Source: Piromyces finnis finn (lineage: Eukaryota; Fungi; Neocallimastigomycota). From it: a stretch of DNA of 64,000 nucleotides. The DNA is taken from assembly GCA_002104945.1 (NCBI GenBank), contig MCFH01000014.1, positions 744,001 through 808,000 of the forward strand. Direction: 5' to 3'. Shown in pieces: positions 39,531-53,700 of this stretch. Every line of letters starts with the position of its first letter. Positions within the stretch are counted from its first letter, which is position 1. A program made the translations under genes and the position numbers. The notes beneath the pieces are model-generated. The model had not been told where the DNA came from and ran no database searches. It saw only the letters and a program-made list of their open reading frames with translations.

Positions 39531-42500
39531 ATATTAAAACACATACATTTGAACTAAAATATATTTTAAAAAGGTGTTATAAAACAAATAAATGAATCTT
39601 TATTCATTATTTATTATCAAAAATAATGTTTTTTTTTAATGAGAGTTAAACATTTTAATTCTTGTTAATAATTCAAAAAAAAAAAAAAAATGTAGGCTAT
39701 CCTTTTATTGAAATCATAAAATAATAGAATTTTTAAAATCAAGTGGATTTTTTTTTTTTATTTTTAAATATATAATTTGAAAAGAATAAAGTATGCCTTT
39801 TTTTTTTTCTTTAATTTAAAAAAATGTCCCACTTTAAAAATAATCAATTTCTAGTTTAAAAAAAGTTTTTTAACTTTATATTTTGTTACACTTGGAAGAA
39901 AAGTTTATTTAATATAAAATGAGAAATTTAATGATGATAATAATTTTAAATTTTTTCTATTTTGTGTAATGTTTCAAGAATGAAACTCTAAATATTATTA
40001 AAATTCATAAACAATTCTATCATAAGATAATATTATCATAGTTTTGAATATAAAGTTTTTAAAGTTACACAATCAATATATCTTATAAATTAATATATTA
40101 AATTTTTTTTTTTTTTTGATGAAAGATCTATTGGTTGTAGATAGGAAAACGATAAACTTTATTTTTGAAGGAGAAAGAGTTAGATTCAGTATACTAGTAG
40201 TAGTAGTGGTAGTAATAATAGATAATATTAAATCTATCTATGGTTAATAAAGCTTTTTAAATAAATACTAATATCCATCATATTATTATTTAAGTTAATA
40301 CTATGAATATAATTAAATAATAGGATAATTTAATTATTTTATTAGTAATGAATCTCATATTACAATTTTACTTTATATCAATAAATGTTATATAGATATA
40401 TATATAATATTTAATTTGAAAAAATACTATTATATAATAGAAGAACATTTATAAAAAAAATTCATTTTTTTAAATTTTATATGTTACTCTTTCTTTTAAA
40501 CGAGCTTTATCATTTCTTTTTTTAGAGAATATTAATTATTTTATAATAAGAGGTTTGAACTATTTTAATTAGTATATTATAATTATCCTATAATTATATT
40601 ACTATTTATTAATATATTATATATAAATCATTTTTCAATTTATTTTATTTCACTCCAATTATTATCTATTAATTTAGTTTATTGTTATATATATATTGTA
40701 GAAACTTTTACTTTTTCCATTACCGGAAATGTTCCTATTTTTATATTTAACTAAGGCAAAGAAATGAAAAAGAAATAGTTAAATTCAATATTTTATACTA
40801 TTTTTTAAATTACCAATCATGTATTGTTTGAATGTTATTTAAAAAGTAAAGCTTATAATAGTTTAACTATTTTTTCAAATGAATGATTCTTTGGAGATTA
40901 TTATTTTTTCTTTATTAATAAATTGGAATTTATCTATTTAATGGTGTAAAATAAAAAAAAAACAATTATTTATAATGAAATCCGACATTATAAAGGAAGG
41001 AATGTTATTATATTATTTAATGAAGTATACCTTTTAATAGTCTATTAATACATAGTTATAATATTAAATTCATTTCCTTTTTTTTTTCTATCTTATTCTA
41101 CATCCACCGCTTTTATAATATAAAAATTAAAAAAATATAAAATGGATTGTTCACAGTTTAAAACAATTTTTAGAGATGAAATTTAATTTATTTTAAATTT
41201 GATTTTAATACAATTAAAAACTTTAAATTTAATTTATGAAAAATTTAATAAAACTAAAACTTTAAATTTAATTTATTACATAATAAATAAAGTTTATATA
41301 TTCATGTAAAGTTTCAAATTGTAAGAAATCTGTAAATGTTTTTTTTTTTTTTACTTTTTTCGTTAAGTAATACGATTGCCCTTGATTAGGGATGTTGTTT
41401 TTTTAATAACAATAGTAGTCATAGTCATATATTTTAATAATATATTTTTGATTATGTTTAATAGAAAAGGTAACACTATTTTCATTATAGATAGAATATT
41501 TATTAATAAAATATGAATTGTAGAGGTAAGTATTTTTTTGAATACTAACTATTGTTAATTAAAAAAAGGCTAAAGTTCATTTTATTGTATAATAAAAAAG
41601 TTAAAATGAAATATAAATATACTTTTGGCAATAAAAATCAAAGGTACACTTTTTAAGGATAAAGCTACTAATCATTTTATAATTAACTCCGAATTTATTT
41701 GAATTTTTAATAAAAAAAAAAGAATATAAATAAAGTTGTTAATTATCTGTCATGAATAAATAAATAAATAAATAATTTTCTATATATATATATGTAGAAA
41801 ATTAATATTAATATCTTTTATATTAAATAAATGATTATGGAATATCAGATTTTTAATTAAAAAAAAAAAAGAAATTAAAGTTTAGGATTTTAGTATATTT
41901 ATATATATTAATTAAAAATATATTAAAAAACAAACCTTATTTGTTATAAGAAATGATAAACCATCATCCTTTAAATTAACGATTTTCCATTTTTTAAATT
42001 AAAAAAGTTTAAGATATAATATATTATAATATATATAAACATTATATTTGTAAATATATTAATTGTTATTGGTACATAGAATATTGTTGATTTCACTAAA
42101 AAGAAATTAAATGTAAATGGTATCATTGAATGGAAAATGAATTAATAGAATGAATAATAATATATTCAAATATATTTATAACATATATTATTAATATATT
42201 ATGATAGAAATGTCAAGTTTATAGAATATAAATCTTCTAACAAATAAAAACAATACTAATAATAATATATGTAACAATAGTATTAATATATTATTTATTG
42301 AATTATTTATTTTAATTAATTTTTTTTTATTTTTTTTTTTTTGGAAAAAGAATATCAAAAAAGTATAATATTAACAGTAAAAACAACAATAATAAAATAA
42401 CAATATTCATATGGTACTTAATCCTAACCCAAAGTTTAATAAAAAAAATTAAAAAAATAAGAAATAATTAAAAATAGAATTATATATAAAAGATAAAAAG

Positions 42501-43155
42501 TATTCCATATAATTTTTTTTTTTAAAACCTTTAATTGATAGTAACTACTTTATTAAATTATAAGAATTAGAAATAATTCTTTATATTAATAAATAATTAT
42601 TATTATTAGAAATAATAATAATTTTATTTAAAGAAGATAAAAAAAAAAGGAAAGGAATAATAAAAAAAGAAAATAAAATTAATAAAAGAAAAATTATAAG
42701 AAATTGATATTTATATATATATAAATATCTATACATTCAATATATTTAAGTAAAAATAAAAATAATTATATATTTTATATATATATATAAAAAGTATAAA
42801 TTAATTTAAAGAAATAAAATAATTTAAACTATCAACATTAATTAATATTAAATAATAATAATAACAACAAGTAATTTATAAAAAAATAAATCACTTATTA
42901 TAATTTAATATTAATAGAAATAATAAATTAATATCTTTGAAAGAATATTATCTATTATTCTATTTTGTCATAAATATATAAATGAATTTTTTTTTAAGTC
43001 CTATAATTTGAAAAAAAAATATTTTTATATATTTACAAAATTAATATTTAAACATACACAAAAAATAAAACAATAATATCTTAACAAAATAAAAAATAAT
43101 TAAATATAAAAAATAAAGTAGTGAATTATTTTTATAAAAAAAAAAAAAACTCAAA

Positions 43156-46100
43156 ATGAAAACAATTCTTTTCTGTATAGCTACATTATTTTCTTTTGTA
43201 AAAGCTAAAGATAATACTCAATGTTGGTCAAAAGTATTGAGAGACATTGACTGGTAATTATTAATATTTATATATACTAATATAGTTAATTAAAATGTTA
43301 TAATGTAAATTTAGCCAGGAATAATAATATTGTTTTAATTTTATTATAATAAAATAGTTGTCCTGAAGGCACTAAGGCAAATTATTATGATGGAGACGGT
43401 GACTGGTATGCTAGAAAAAGAAAAATAAAAATTTATATGAAAAAAAAATTTTATAAACTCTTTAAAAATAACCTTTTTTTAATTTATTATTTTAATTTTA
43501 ATATATATATTTTAAAAAATATGTATAGGTATAAAGATTCAAATGGACAATTATGTGGTATTGTTAATGGTTTCTGTTGGTCTTTATTAAAAGATGGTAA
43601 ATAAAATTTATTCAAAAAATTATTCTATATATAAACTTTCATCATAATAATAATAAATCAAAACTTTCTCTATTATTTATTTATATATAATATAATATAA
43701 TGAAAAAAGAAAGTGGATTTAATTATCCATGTTGTGTTAAAACTGAAAAAGGAACATACAGTGATGGAGATGGTGACTGGTAATAATAATATATATGTAT
43801 ATTTTTTTTTAAAAAAAAAAAAGTTTAATTTATTAGAAATAAGAAAAAATAATTGTTGAAAATATATTAATATTAAAAATAAATTTATTCTTATTCTTAT
43901 TAATAATTGTAGGGCTCAAGAAAACGGTGATTGGTGTACTATAAGACATTCTAATAGAAAATGGAATGATCGTGAATTAATTGATGAAACAAGAGAAGAA
44001 TGGAATTCATTTAAAGATATATGGGAAAATGAAAAATATAATTTTGAACGTATATCTGTTTTTGTTGGAGAAGATGAAACAAAAATTAATTTTGGTTGGT
44101 ATTCCACTCAAAATTCTACTCCAAAGATCCGTATAGGTAAAAATAAAGATATGAGTGATGCTATAACTTATAGAGGTACAACTGAAATTCAAATTGAAAG
44201 AATAGATTATGGTGGTTCTTTCTATTACAATGAAGATAATGTATTATTAAATGGAAAACGTTATTTCACTCATAGAGTTACTGTTGAAAATATTGAACGT
44301 AATACCACTTATTATTATCAAAGATATATCTATGGTGAATGGGAAGATGCCGTTCAGTATGATACTTATGATGATAAAAATTTCAAATTTATTTTTATGG
44401 GTGATGCTCAAATTGGTGGTTCCCATGGTCGTTACAGATCATATCCTCAATTCCAATACCGTACAACAGATGATGAAGGTAACAGAAATGATGTCTTTAA
44501 TTGGAATAGAGTTGTCAATAGTGCCTTTAAATTTTCAAAAACACCAAGTGTATTATTATCTGCTGGTGATCAAGCAGATGATTCAAGATCTTTTAATGAT
44601 GATAGAAAATACCTTTATAAAAAAATGACTAATATTGAATCCCAATATTCTGGTTTTCTCTACCCAGAATTATTAAAACATATTGTCACAGCAACTAGTG
44701 TTGGTAATCACGAAACCACTTCAAATGGTTTTGGACGTCGCTTTAATACTCCAAATTCATTAAAAAATTGTACTCTTACCAATAACTATGATGGTTGGTA
44801 TACTGGTTATAATTATTTCTTTAAATATAATAATGTCCTTGTTATGGTATTAGAAACAAATGCTAGTACTGAAGATGATTATAGAAGAACAGTTAGATCT
44901 GCTATTAGTAAATATCCAGATACCGATTGGAGAATTGCTTTATTCCATCATGATATTTTTGGTAATGGTAGTACACACTCTCAAAGTGATGCTAGAGATA
45001 GACGTGGTGCTGTATTCAATATCTTATCAAAGTTTAACTTTGATCTTGTCATTAATGGTCATGATCACGTCTACACCACAACTAAATTTGTTTCTTACGT
45101 TAAAAAGAGTAATGATTACAATTCACCAGATAATTATCAAGTTGACCCAATAGAAAGAAATGTTGTTAATAAAAATCCAAAGGGTACATTCTATGTTACC
45201 GCTAATTGTTCTTCTGGTGCTAAATATTTAGACTTTTTGAAAGATCCAAATGTAGATTATGTTTACAGTTTTAATCAAACCTATACTCAAACATTTGGTA
45301 TATTAGATTTCACTCAAGCAAACGGTAAAGTTCGTTTAGAAATTACCACTTATGATGCTGAAACTTATGATGTTATCGATGGTTCTTACATTATTGAAAA
45401 AGATATTGGAAGTAATTCTGATGAAAAGGTAATATTTCTTTTTTTTTTATTACAATAAATTATATCGCCAAGAGAGTATAATAATAATAATACTCTTACA
45501 CTCTATTGATGGATAAAAAAAAATAATTATTTATACTTTAAGTTTTTTAACAAAACAAATAATATTTATATATAATTTTATAATTTTTTGAATATTTAAT
45601 TTTACTTATTTTATAGTGTTGGTCCGAAAGAATTAGAGGATATTCATGTTGTTCTCCAGGCGCAACTCCTAAAATCAAAGAAAATGGCAGATTATACGGT
45701 GAAGAACGTGGTGAATTTTGTGGTATTATTGATTATAAAACTTTATCAGAAGAAGAATGTTGGTCTAAAAAATTTGGTTATGATTGTTGTGTTTTACCAG
45801 AAACTAGAGCCATCTACAGTGATGCAAATGGAAAGTATGGTGTAGAATTTAAACAAAAATGTGGTATTGTTGATTCTATAGCCATTAAACCAGATGTTTG
45901 TGATAATGGTGGATTAGATTATGAATGCTGTTCTAGCTTAAATGTTAAATTACAATCCATTGATGCTGATGCTAAATGGGGTTTTGAAAATGGTAAATGG
46001 TGTATTATTGAATTAATTAATCAAGCTACCACTACTACCACCACTACCACTACTATACCTACTACCACCACCACTACCACCACTACTACTATACCTACTA

Positions 46101-47464
46101 CCACTACCACTACCACCACTACTACCACTACCACTACTACCACTACCACCACCACCACTACTACTACTACTACAACTACTACCACCACTACTACTACACC
46201 AGAACCAACTGAAACTCCATTTGTATGTCCAGTTGAAATTAAGGGATACAAGTGTTGTAATGATCCAAACTTACAATCAATGTTTGAAGATGAAGATGGT
46301 CAATGGTACTATGAAAATGATGAATGGTGTTTAATTGTATCAATTCCAATTATTCCTACCACTACCACTACCACTACTGTACCAGGACCAACTGAAACAC
46401 CAATTGTATGTCCAGTTGAAATTAAGGGATACAAGTGTTGTAATGATCCAAACTTACAATCAATGTTTGAAGATGTAGATGGTCAATGGTACTATGAAAA
46501 TGATGAATGGTGTTTAATTGTATCAAGTCCAATTATTTCTACCACCACCACCACTACTACTGTACCAGGACCAACTGAAACACCATTTGTATGTCCAGTT
46601 GAAAGTAAGGGATACAAGTGTTGTAATGATCCAAACTTACAATCAATATTTGAAGATGAAGATGGTCAATGGTACTATGAAAATGATGAATGGTGTTTAA
46701 TTGTATCAATTCCAATTATTCCTACTACCACCACCACTACCACTATTATACCTACTACCACTACTACTACTACTACCACTACCACTTCCACAGCTACCAC
46801 CACAACTACCACTATTATACCTACTACCACTACCACCACTACTACCACCACTTCCACAACTACTACTACTACTACTACACCAGAACCAACTGAAACACCA
46901 TTTGTATGTCCAGTTGAAAGTAAGGGATACAAGTGCTGTAATGATCCAAACTTACAATCAATGTTTGAAGATGAAGATGGTCAATGGTACTATGAAAATG
47001 ATGAATGGTGTTTAATTGTATCAATTCCAATTATTCCTACCACTACCACCACTACTACTACCACTTCCACAACTACTACCACTACTACTGTACCAAGACC
47101 AACTGAAACACCATTTGTATGTCCAGTTGAAAGTAAGGGATACAAGTGCTGTAATGATCCAAACTTACAATCAATGTTTGAAGATGAAGATGGTCAATGG
47201 TACTATGAAAATGATGAATGGTGTTTAATTGTATCAAGTCCAATTATTTCCACTACCACCACTACTAGTACACCTACTACTACTACTACTACTACCACAA
47301 CCACTACTACCACAAATACCCCTGAACCAACACAAATTCAATATGCCGGTGCATATGAACAATGTGGTGGTGATAATTTTGGTAAAGTATTACAATGTCC
47401 ACCAGATTTTAAGTGTATGGCTCATAGTAGTACCTATCATCAATGTGTTCCATTAATAAACTAA
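43156..47464 (+). CDS. Third paralogue with 2+3+5 dockerin-like modules and a 4-Cys CBM1
   Basis: Exons 43156-43253, 43358-43405, 43529-43596, 43710-43779, 43913-45428 and 45617-47464; GDAQIG, AGDQ, GNHE and GHDH; five near-identical CPVE.KGYKCC modules. Confidence 0.9.
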
Positions 47465-47750
47465 TATTAATTATATTAAAATAAATAAATATCTATTATC
47501 AAGTGTATTATACAAAGTCGTAATTAATAAATAAATATATATACATCTTGATGATAGTTATTAATTATCATAGTAATAGATAATCGTATATATATTAAGT
47601 TAAAAATAAATTATATGTATACATTATTAAATAAATCATTTCATTCTTATTGATTTATCTTTTTATTTCAAAAAAAAAAAAAAGAGAAATCTATTTAGAA
47701 ATTTTAAATTTTATAATTTCCTTTTAAATAGGTTTTTTTTTTTTAATATC

Positions 47751-47783
<33 letters not shown>

Positions 47784-48631
47784 GAAAATATATCATTATA
47801 GAACAATTAATAGTAAAGAAAAAAAAAAATAATAATGATTAAATATCTATATAATATTTATTTTTATATTTCATATAACAAATAACAAAATATCAAGCTT
47901 AAACTCGAAAATATTAATTATAATATAATAAAATAAATAAAAAAAAAAAAATTAAAATAAAAAAATAAAATTTATAATATTTATTTCTATGATAATAAAA
48001 AAGGAAAAAAAAAGGAAAATTTTAATAGATCATTGATCAAATTTTTTAGGAATATAGGTAAAAAGAAATTTAAAAAAAAATAGGTTTACCAATCCATTCT
48101 AAAATTCAAAGATTTTGATGGATGATATGAAATGGAAAAGATAAAAAAAAAAAAGGTAAACTTTTTTTCCTTTCATCCATTTATTGTTGTTATTTTTTTT
48201 TTTTTTTTTTTTTTTGAATATTTCTATTCAAAAGATAATAAAGAATAGTAAAAAAAATATATTTATTTATCATTTACAACTTTTTTTTCTTTCTTTCTTT
48301 CTCTATACAAAACTAGGCCGATAAATATAAAATTTTTTAAAATTCAACCCCCTCGGAAATTTTCATTAAAATTTTAACCTTGATTTAAAAATTTTAATCC
48401 ATATAGAATAAGGTTTTATATTTATTTTTTTTTTTTAAAAAAAAAAAAAAATGGTTTTTAAATCAAGAGATTATAAAAAAAAAAAATTATTTTATCTTTT
48501 TAATATTTATTTAAAAAATAAATAGTATTATAACAATAAAAAGAATTATAGATACAACCTATTAAAGATATATATCTATTTTGAAATAAATATAAATAAA
48601 TAAAAAAAATATATATATATATATATAGAAA

Positions 48632-49000
48632 ATGAACAAGAATTTATTACATTTATTTTGTTTTATTGGTATTTATTTAATCTCTTTTAGCGTTTATGCT
48701 ACCGTATGTAATACAAAAGATGGAATAGCATGGTGTGAAGATACTATATGTTGGAATAAGGATGGTACAACATTTAGTCGAACCTTTTGTCTAGATTCTA
48801 ATACAGATAATTATTATCGTTTTAACGGATCCAATTGTCGTAGTTGTCCAAATGTAGATTGTTCTTCCACGTCATCCTATGTTCGTGGTAAATTGGCAGG
48901 ATTTCAAAATCATAATGGTTATGTATTAACAAAGAAGGGATGGTGTTACTATGGTAAAATGAGACATTTATTGCAACAAACCAAAGAAAGTATACTATAA
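48632..49000 (+). CDS. Small secreted cysteine-rich protein of unknown function
   Basis: Hydrophobic signal peptide, 8 Cys in the mature part, coding-like base composition. The 3' end is uncertain (possible donor G|GTAAAA at about 48953). Confidence 0.75.
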   Translation: MNKNLLHLFCFIGIYLISFSVYATVCNTKDGIAWCEDTICWNKDGTTFSRTFCLDSNTDNYYRFNGSNCRSCPNVDCSSTSSYVRGKLAGFQNHNGYVLTKKGWCYYGKMRHLLQQTKESIL

Positions 49001-50697
49001 CTTATTATACAAGATGAATGATAATAGAAAAAAAAAATATTGCTTTTTTTTCTTATTATAATTCTTTTTCTTTTAACATCTGAAATAAAGCATTTACTAG
49101 AATAAATATATCAATCATACCATTAATTTAAAAGAATAAAAGAAAAAATATTAAATAGAATAACAAAAACAATTTGTTATATATACCATTGTCATAGTAT
49201 CATAGAATAATAATTTAATAAATAAATTAAATATAGATTAAATATATTTTAATAGTTTTTTTTTACACTTGGATATTGTATTTTTTAAAAAATAATAATA
49301 ATAATAAATAAATAAATAAATCTACTTAATCTCTAAAACATACATGTGTTAAAAGTAATTGTAAAAAAAAAAAAAACATTTTTCATTACATATTAAGATT
49401 ACATATCATTAATTCAATAACAAAACACAATTTTAAAATTTTTCTCCACCGTAAAATTCTTTTTTTAACAAATACTTTTCCTAAAAATCCTTTTAATTTT
49501 TACATTCAATTTTTATTATAAAAATAATATTTTTTTAATCAGAAAATTCGTTTTCCTCACCCAATTTCTTGTCGAGCAATGTAGATAAGGATAAATTGAT
49601 TAACATCCTTTAAAAAAATATTATTTTTAAAGAGAATTTAATTTCTTTATTTTATATAGAAAGCAAATTTTATGGTTTACTTTCTTTACAAAATAAATTT
49701 TTTATTTATAAATAAATCAGATAGGAGCGAAAGAAAAGTTAATCAACACTGATTTTTCTGTTGAACTATGAAATCATCCTTCTTATTTATAAATAAAAAT
49801 TTTACTTTTTTTAAATTCGTATAATTACTAATAATAATTTTAAATTAAAAATTATTAATTATAATTATACTTTATTAAATAAGTTATAGGGTATAACATT
49901 TCATAGAGAAAAAATTTCCATTCTTATACTTTTGATTATTTATGATGATTGGATGAAATTTGATGGATCTGATATCTTGTGTATTATGATTGGTTTATAA
50001 TTTATAAAATAGTATTATAAAATAATACAAAAGTGCATATATCTATGGTCCATGTAAAATAAATTATTTGAATGTTTAATAGAACTTAGTGTGTAACACG
50101 TGATTATACACTACATTTTATGGATAGAAATTAATTTTATGTAGTAAGAAGAACGATATGGATCATACATTTACATTATTATAATTACATTACATTTATC
50201 ATTTGTTCTTCTACATTTTTTATTGCAGAAGTATTATTTCTCATAATAATTTAATTATTTTTTAAGATAGGTAACCTTTTAATTTATTATTATTATTTTT
50301 TTTTTTTTTACTATTACTAAAGTATCTTTTGTTGAAATGAACCTCAATAAAAAAAATTGAGTTTTATTAACTGATAAATGATATATTCATATACTTATAT
50401 TTTTATACAATAAAGCATTAATGATAGTAGAAATAGGCAATATTTACTATTCTATAAAATGTTTAACTTTTTTTTGAATCCTATATATTTAAATTCTATC
50501 AATACAGGACAATATTATAATACAATAAGCAATGTCAATTAATGATTAATAATTTTTAAAATAATATTATTATATTAAATTATTTAACATTCTATTCAAT
50601 TTAAAGGAAAAAAAAAAAAAGATAAACTAGTTGGTAATTTTTAAATACAACATTCTACTTTTAATAAATTTTAAAACTATTTACTATAGAATTTATT

Positions 50698-50729
<32 letters not shown>

Positions 50730-53700
50730 AAATATAAGGAATCTAGTTCAAATTTAATAAAAGCATTTTATTAAGCTTACATTATAGTTTATCTAAATTA
50801 AAAAATGTTGGCATACAATAATGTAAAATTTTTATTGACTGATGAATAAATTTAAAATATATATAAAAAAAAAAACTCAATCCTTTTAATAATGGAAATG
50901 TATGGATAATTCTATAAATATGAAATAAAAGCTTTGTGCTTTTTAGTGTATATATAATAAAAAATAAAAATAAATTCTTATTTAATAAGTAATAAAAGTA
51001 AATTGATGCATTCAATATATATACAATTGAAAACAATAATATTAGATTTTATTAAAAAAAAAAAACTAATTAATAGGTTTAGAAATAAAATTTATATATA
51101 TATATTGTAATATAAAGTCAAATGATCAATTAAAGTATTGTAATAATAATATAAATTAACAATTTATCATTCAATTATATTATTTTATTGTTATAATTAG
51201 ATGCTATTATTATTATTATTATTGCTATTATTGTTATTATCATTATTATTTTATTTTATTTTGAAGTTGGCTACATTCAATGCTCTTTTTTTTTTTAAAA
51301 AAAAAAAAACAACCAATAATAAAATTAAAAATAACATGCATTTCATATATTAACTAATATATTAATATTAATTTTATTAATAATTTAAGATGAGAAAAAA
51401 AATTTTTTTTTTTACCAAATTATTAACTTTATATTAAAAAAAATATGTATGTAGTTTTTTTTTAAAAAAAAAAAGGCTTTTTAATATTTATTGACTTATT
51501 TCATAAAGTTACTCATTTTTTTTATTAAACTTTATCAATAAGAGAACTATTAATATAACTATTTTACTTAATAAAAAAAAATTTAATCCAACAGAAAGTA
51601 TAATACAAAATGCTTTTTTTTTTTTTTTTTTTTTTTTAATTTTAATTAGTTTAAATTTAATTTTACAAAAAAGGAAATTGTTGAAATTAAAATTTTAAAT
51701 TAAAAAAAAAGTATTTTTTAAATGAGAAAGAGAAATTTTTATTTTTTTATTTTTTTTATTTATTATTATTGATTTATAATAAAAATAATAATAAATTAAT
51801 TGGTAAATATTTCTTTTTTATTTAAAGGCTTTTTAAAAAATAATAATTAATAGAATCAAAATTATTTATTATAATATTAAAAGTTTTTGTATAAATCTAA
51901 AGACATTTCTTATCAAAGTATTTTTTTAATTTAATTATCTTAATACACACTTTTTTTTTTAAAAAAATATAGATTTATTATTTAATGTGAATCACTTGAT
52001 GTGGAACCGCATTAACTTTAATTTCTTTTTTTAAAAAGTATCTATAACTGGTAATTTTTTTTTTCTGATCATTTTAAAATAAAATAAAATTTAAAAGTTC
52101 GATTTTGTTAAATTCTATATTAGTAAAATAAATGATTTTTTAAAAAAAAAATTAGATAAAATTATATTCATTTTAATACCATACAATATTATCATAATAC
52201 TTTTAATTTTTAATATATACAGGAACCTAGAAATTAGAATAAATACATATATTATAAATAAATTAATATAAAGAGAAAGGATACATGCTTTTTTTTTATT
52301 TATTTAAAAAGTAAGAATTTATGCGTTTATGCATCTTTATAATCGTATTATATATTTATTATATATTAGAATATATTTGTAATATAAGAAAAGTGGAATA
52401 TTTAATTGAAATTTTTAATAAAGCATGCTTAAAACCTTTTAATCAAAAAATAACTTTTTATTTTTTTAAAAAAAATTCTGTATTTTTTAATTGATATTTT
52501 TTTAAGAAAGTCTTTTTTAAAAAAATAATAAGAAGAAATAGGATGATTAAAGTTTAATGAATACATTTTAATATTAACAAAATAGTATTATTTTATTGAA
52601 TTGTTTTTTTTATTATTATAAAAAGTAAAAATGTTTTTTTTTTTCATTATATTAAAAATATTTTATAATATTATTTCATATATTGCAATATATTTCAATT
52701 TATATGAACTTTTATATCTTTTTTAAAATTATGAAAAAATACAGAAAAATTAAATTTATGCATAATGAATATAGTTAGACTGAATATATTGAATGGTATC
52801 TAGTGGAATAGTTGAATAGATAAAAAAAATCTTAATGCACCTTATAATTTATTATAATACATTAATTATAATAAAGTATTTTAATCTTTTGTTTTTTTTA
52901 TAGTAAGTATAATGCATCACTTTATTTTTAAAACCAACATTATTAATCCTTCAAAAATGCTATTTAAATATAATAAAATCCTTTTTTTTTTTTTCTAAAA
53001 AATATATATATATACATATTTTTATATACCTAGTTTTATTAGCATATTATTTTCTAATCATTGTAATCATCTTTTTTTTTTTTTCACCCAAAATTGTCTT
53101 TTTTTTTTTTAAAAAAAAAAAAAAAAGTAATATTATATTTATTATTATTTAATTAAATCAATATAAAAAAAATCTAGAATTATAATGTTATTCATACTTT
53201 AATTTTATTTCCTTTTTTAATATTATGAAACAATATTTATTATTATTTATAATAAAAAAAGACCTTCTGATTTATTCTTGTATAAAAAAAAAATATTTTT
53301 TATTTTAAATATATTAATATCATGAAGTTGACTCATATTTTGAAATTAACTAGTGTTTTTTTTATTGTCATTTTAAATAGTAATAACTTTTATAACATTA
53401 ATTACAATTTCATTTATTTATTTTAATATAATAAGATTATAAAAAAAAAAAACTTTGTAATACAAATTACGATTCCTTTATTATATCATCATTGAACTTT
53501 TTTTTTTTTTTTTAATTAAAATATAAAATACTAAATTTAAAAAAGCTTTTTTTTATAACATGTAAATTAATTAATTACATTTTCTATTAAGAAAACCTTT
53601 TTTCCAAAATAGCATTTCTTTTGCTATTTGATAAAGTAGAAAAAAAATCTTTTAATTAATGTTACTTTTAATGATATCTTGAAAAGGAAGTTATTCTCTT

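Noticed and set aside
30796-47456. Antisense and alternative-frame ORFs over the phosphatase genes (poly-Val, Tyr/His-rich)
   Set aside because: Shadows of Thr-rich linkers and biased codon usage.
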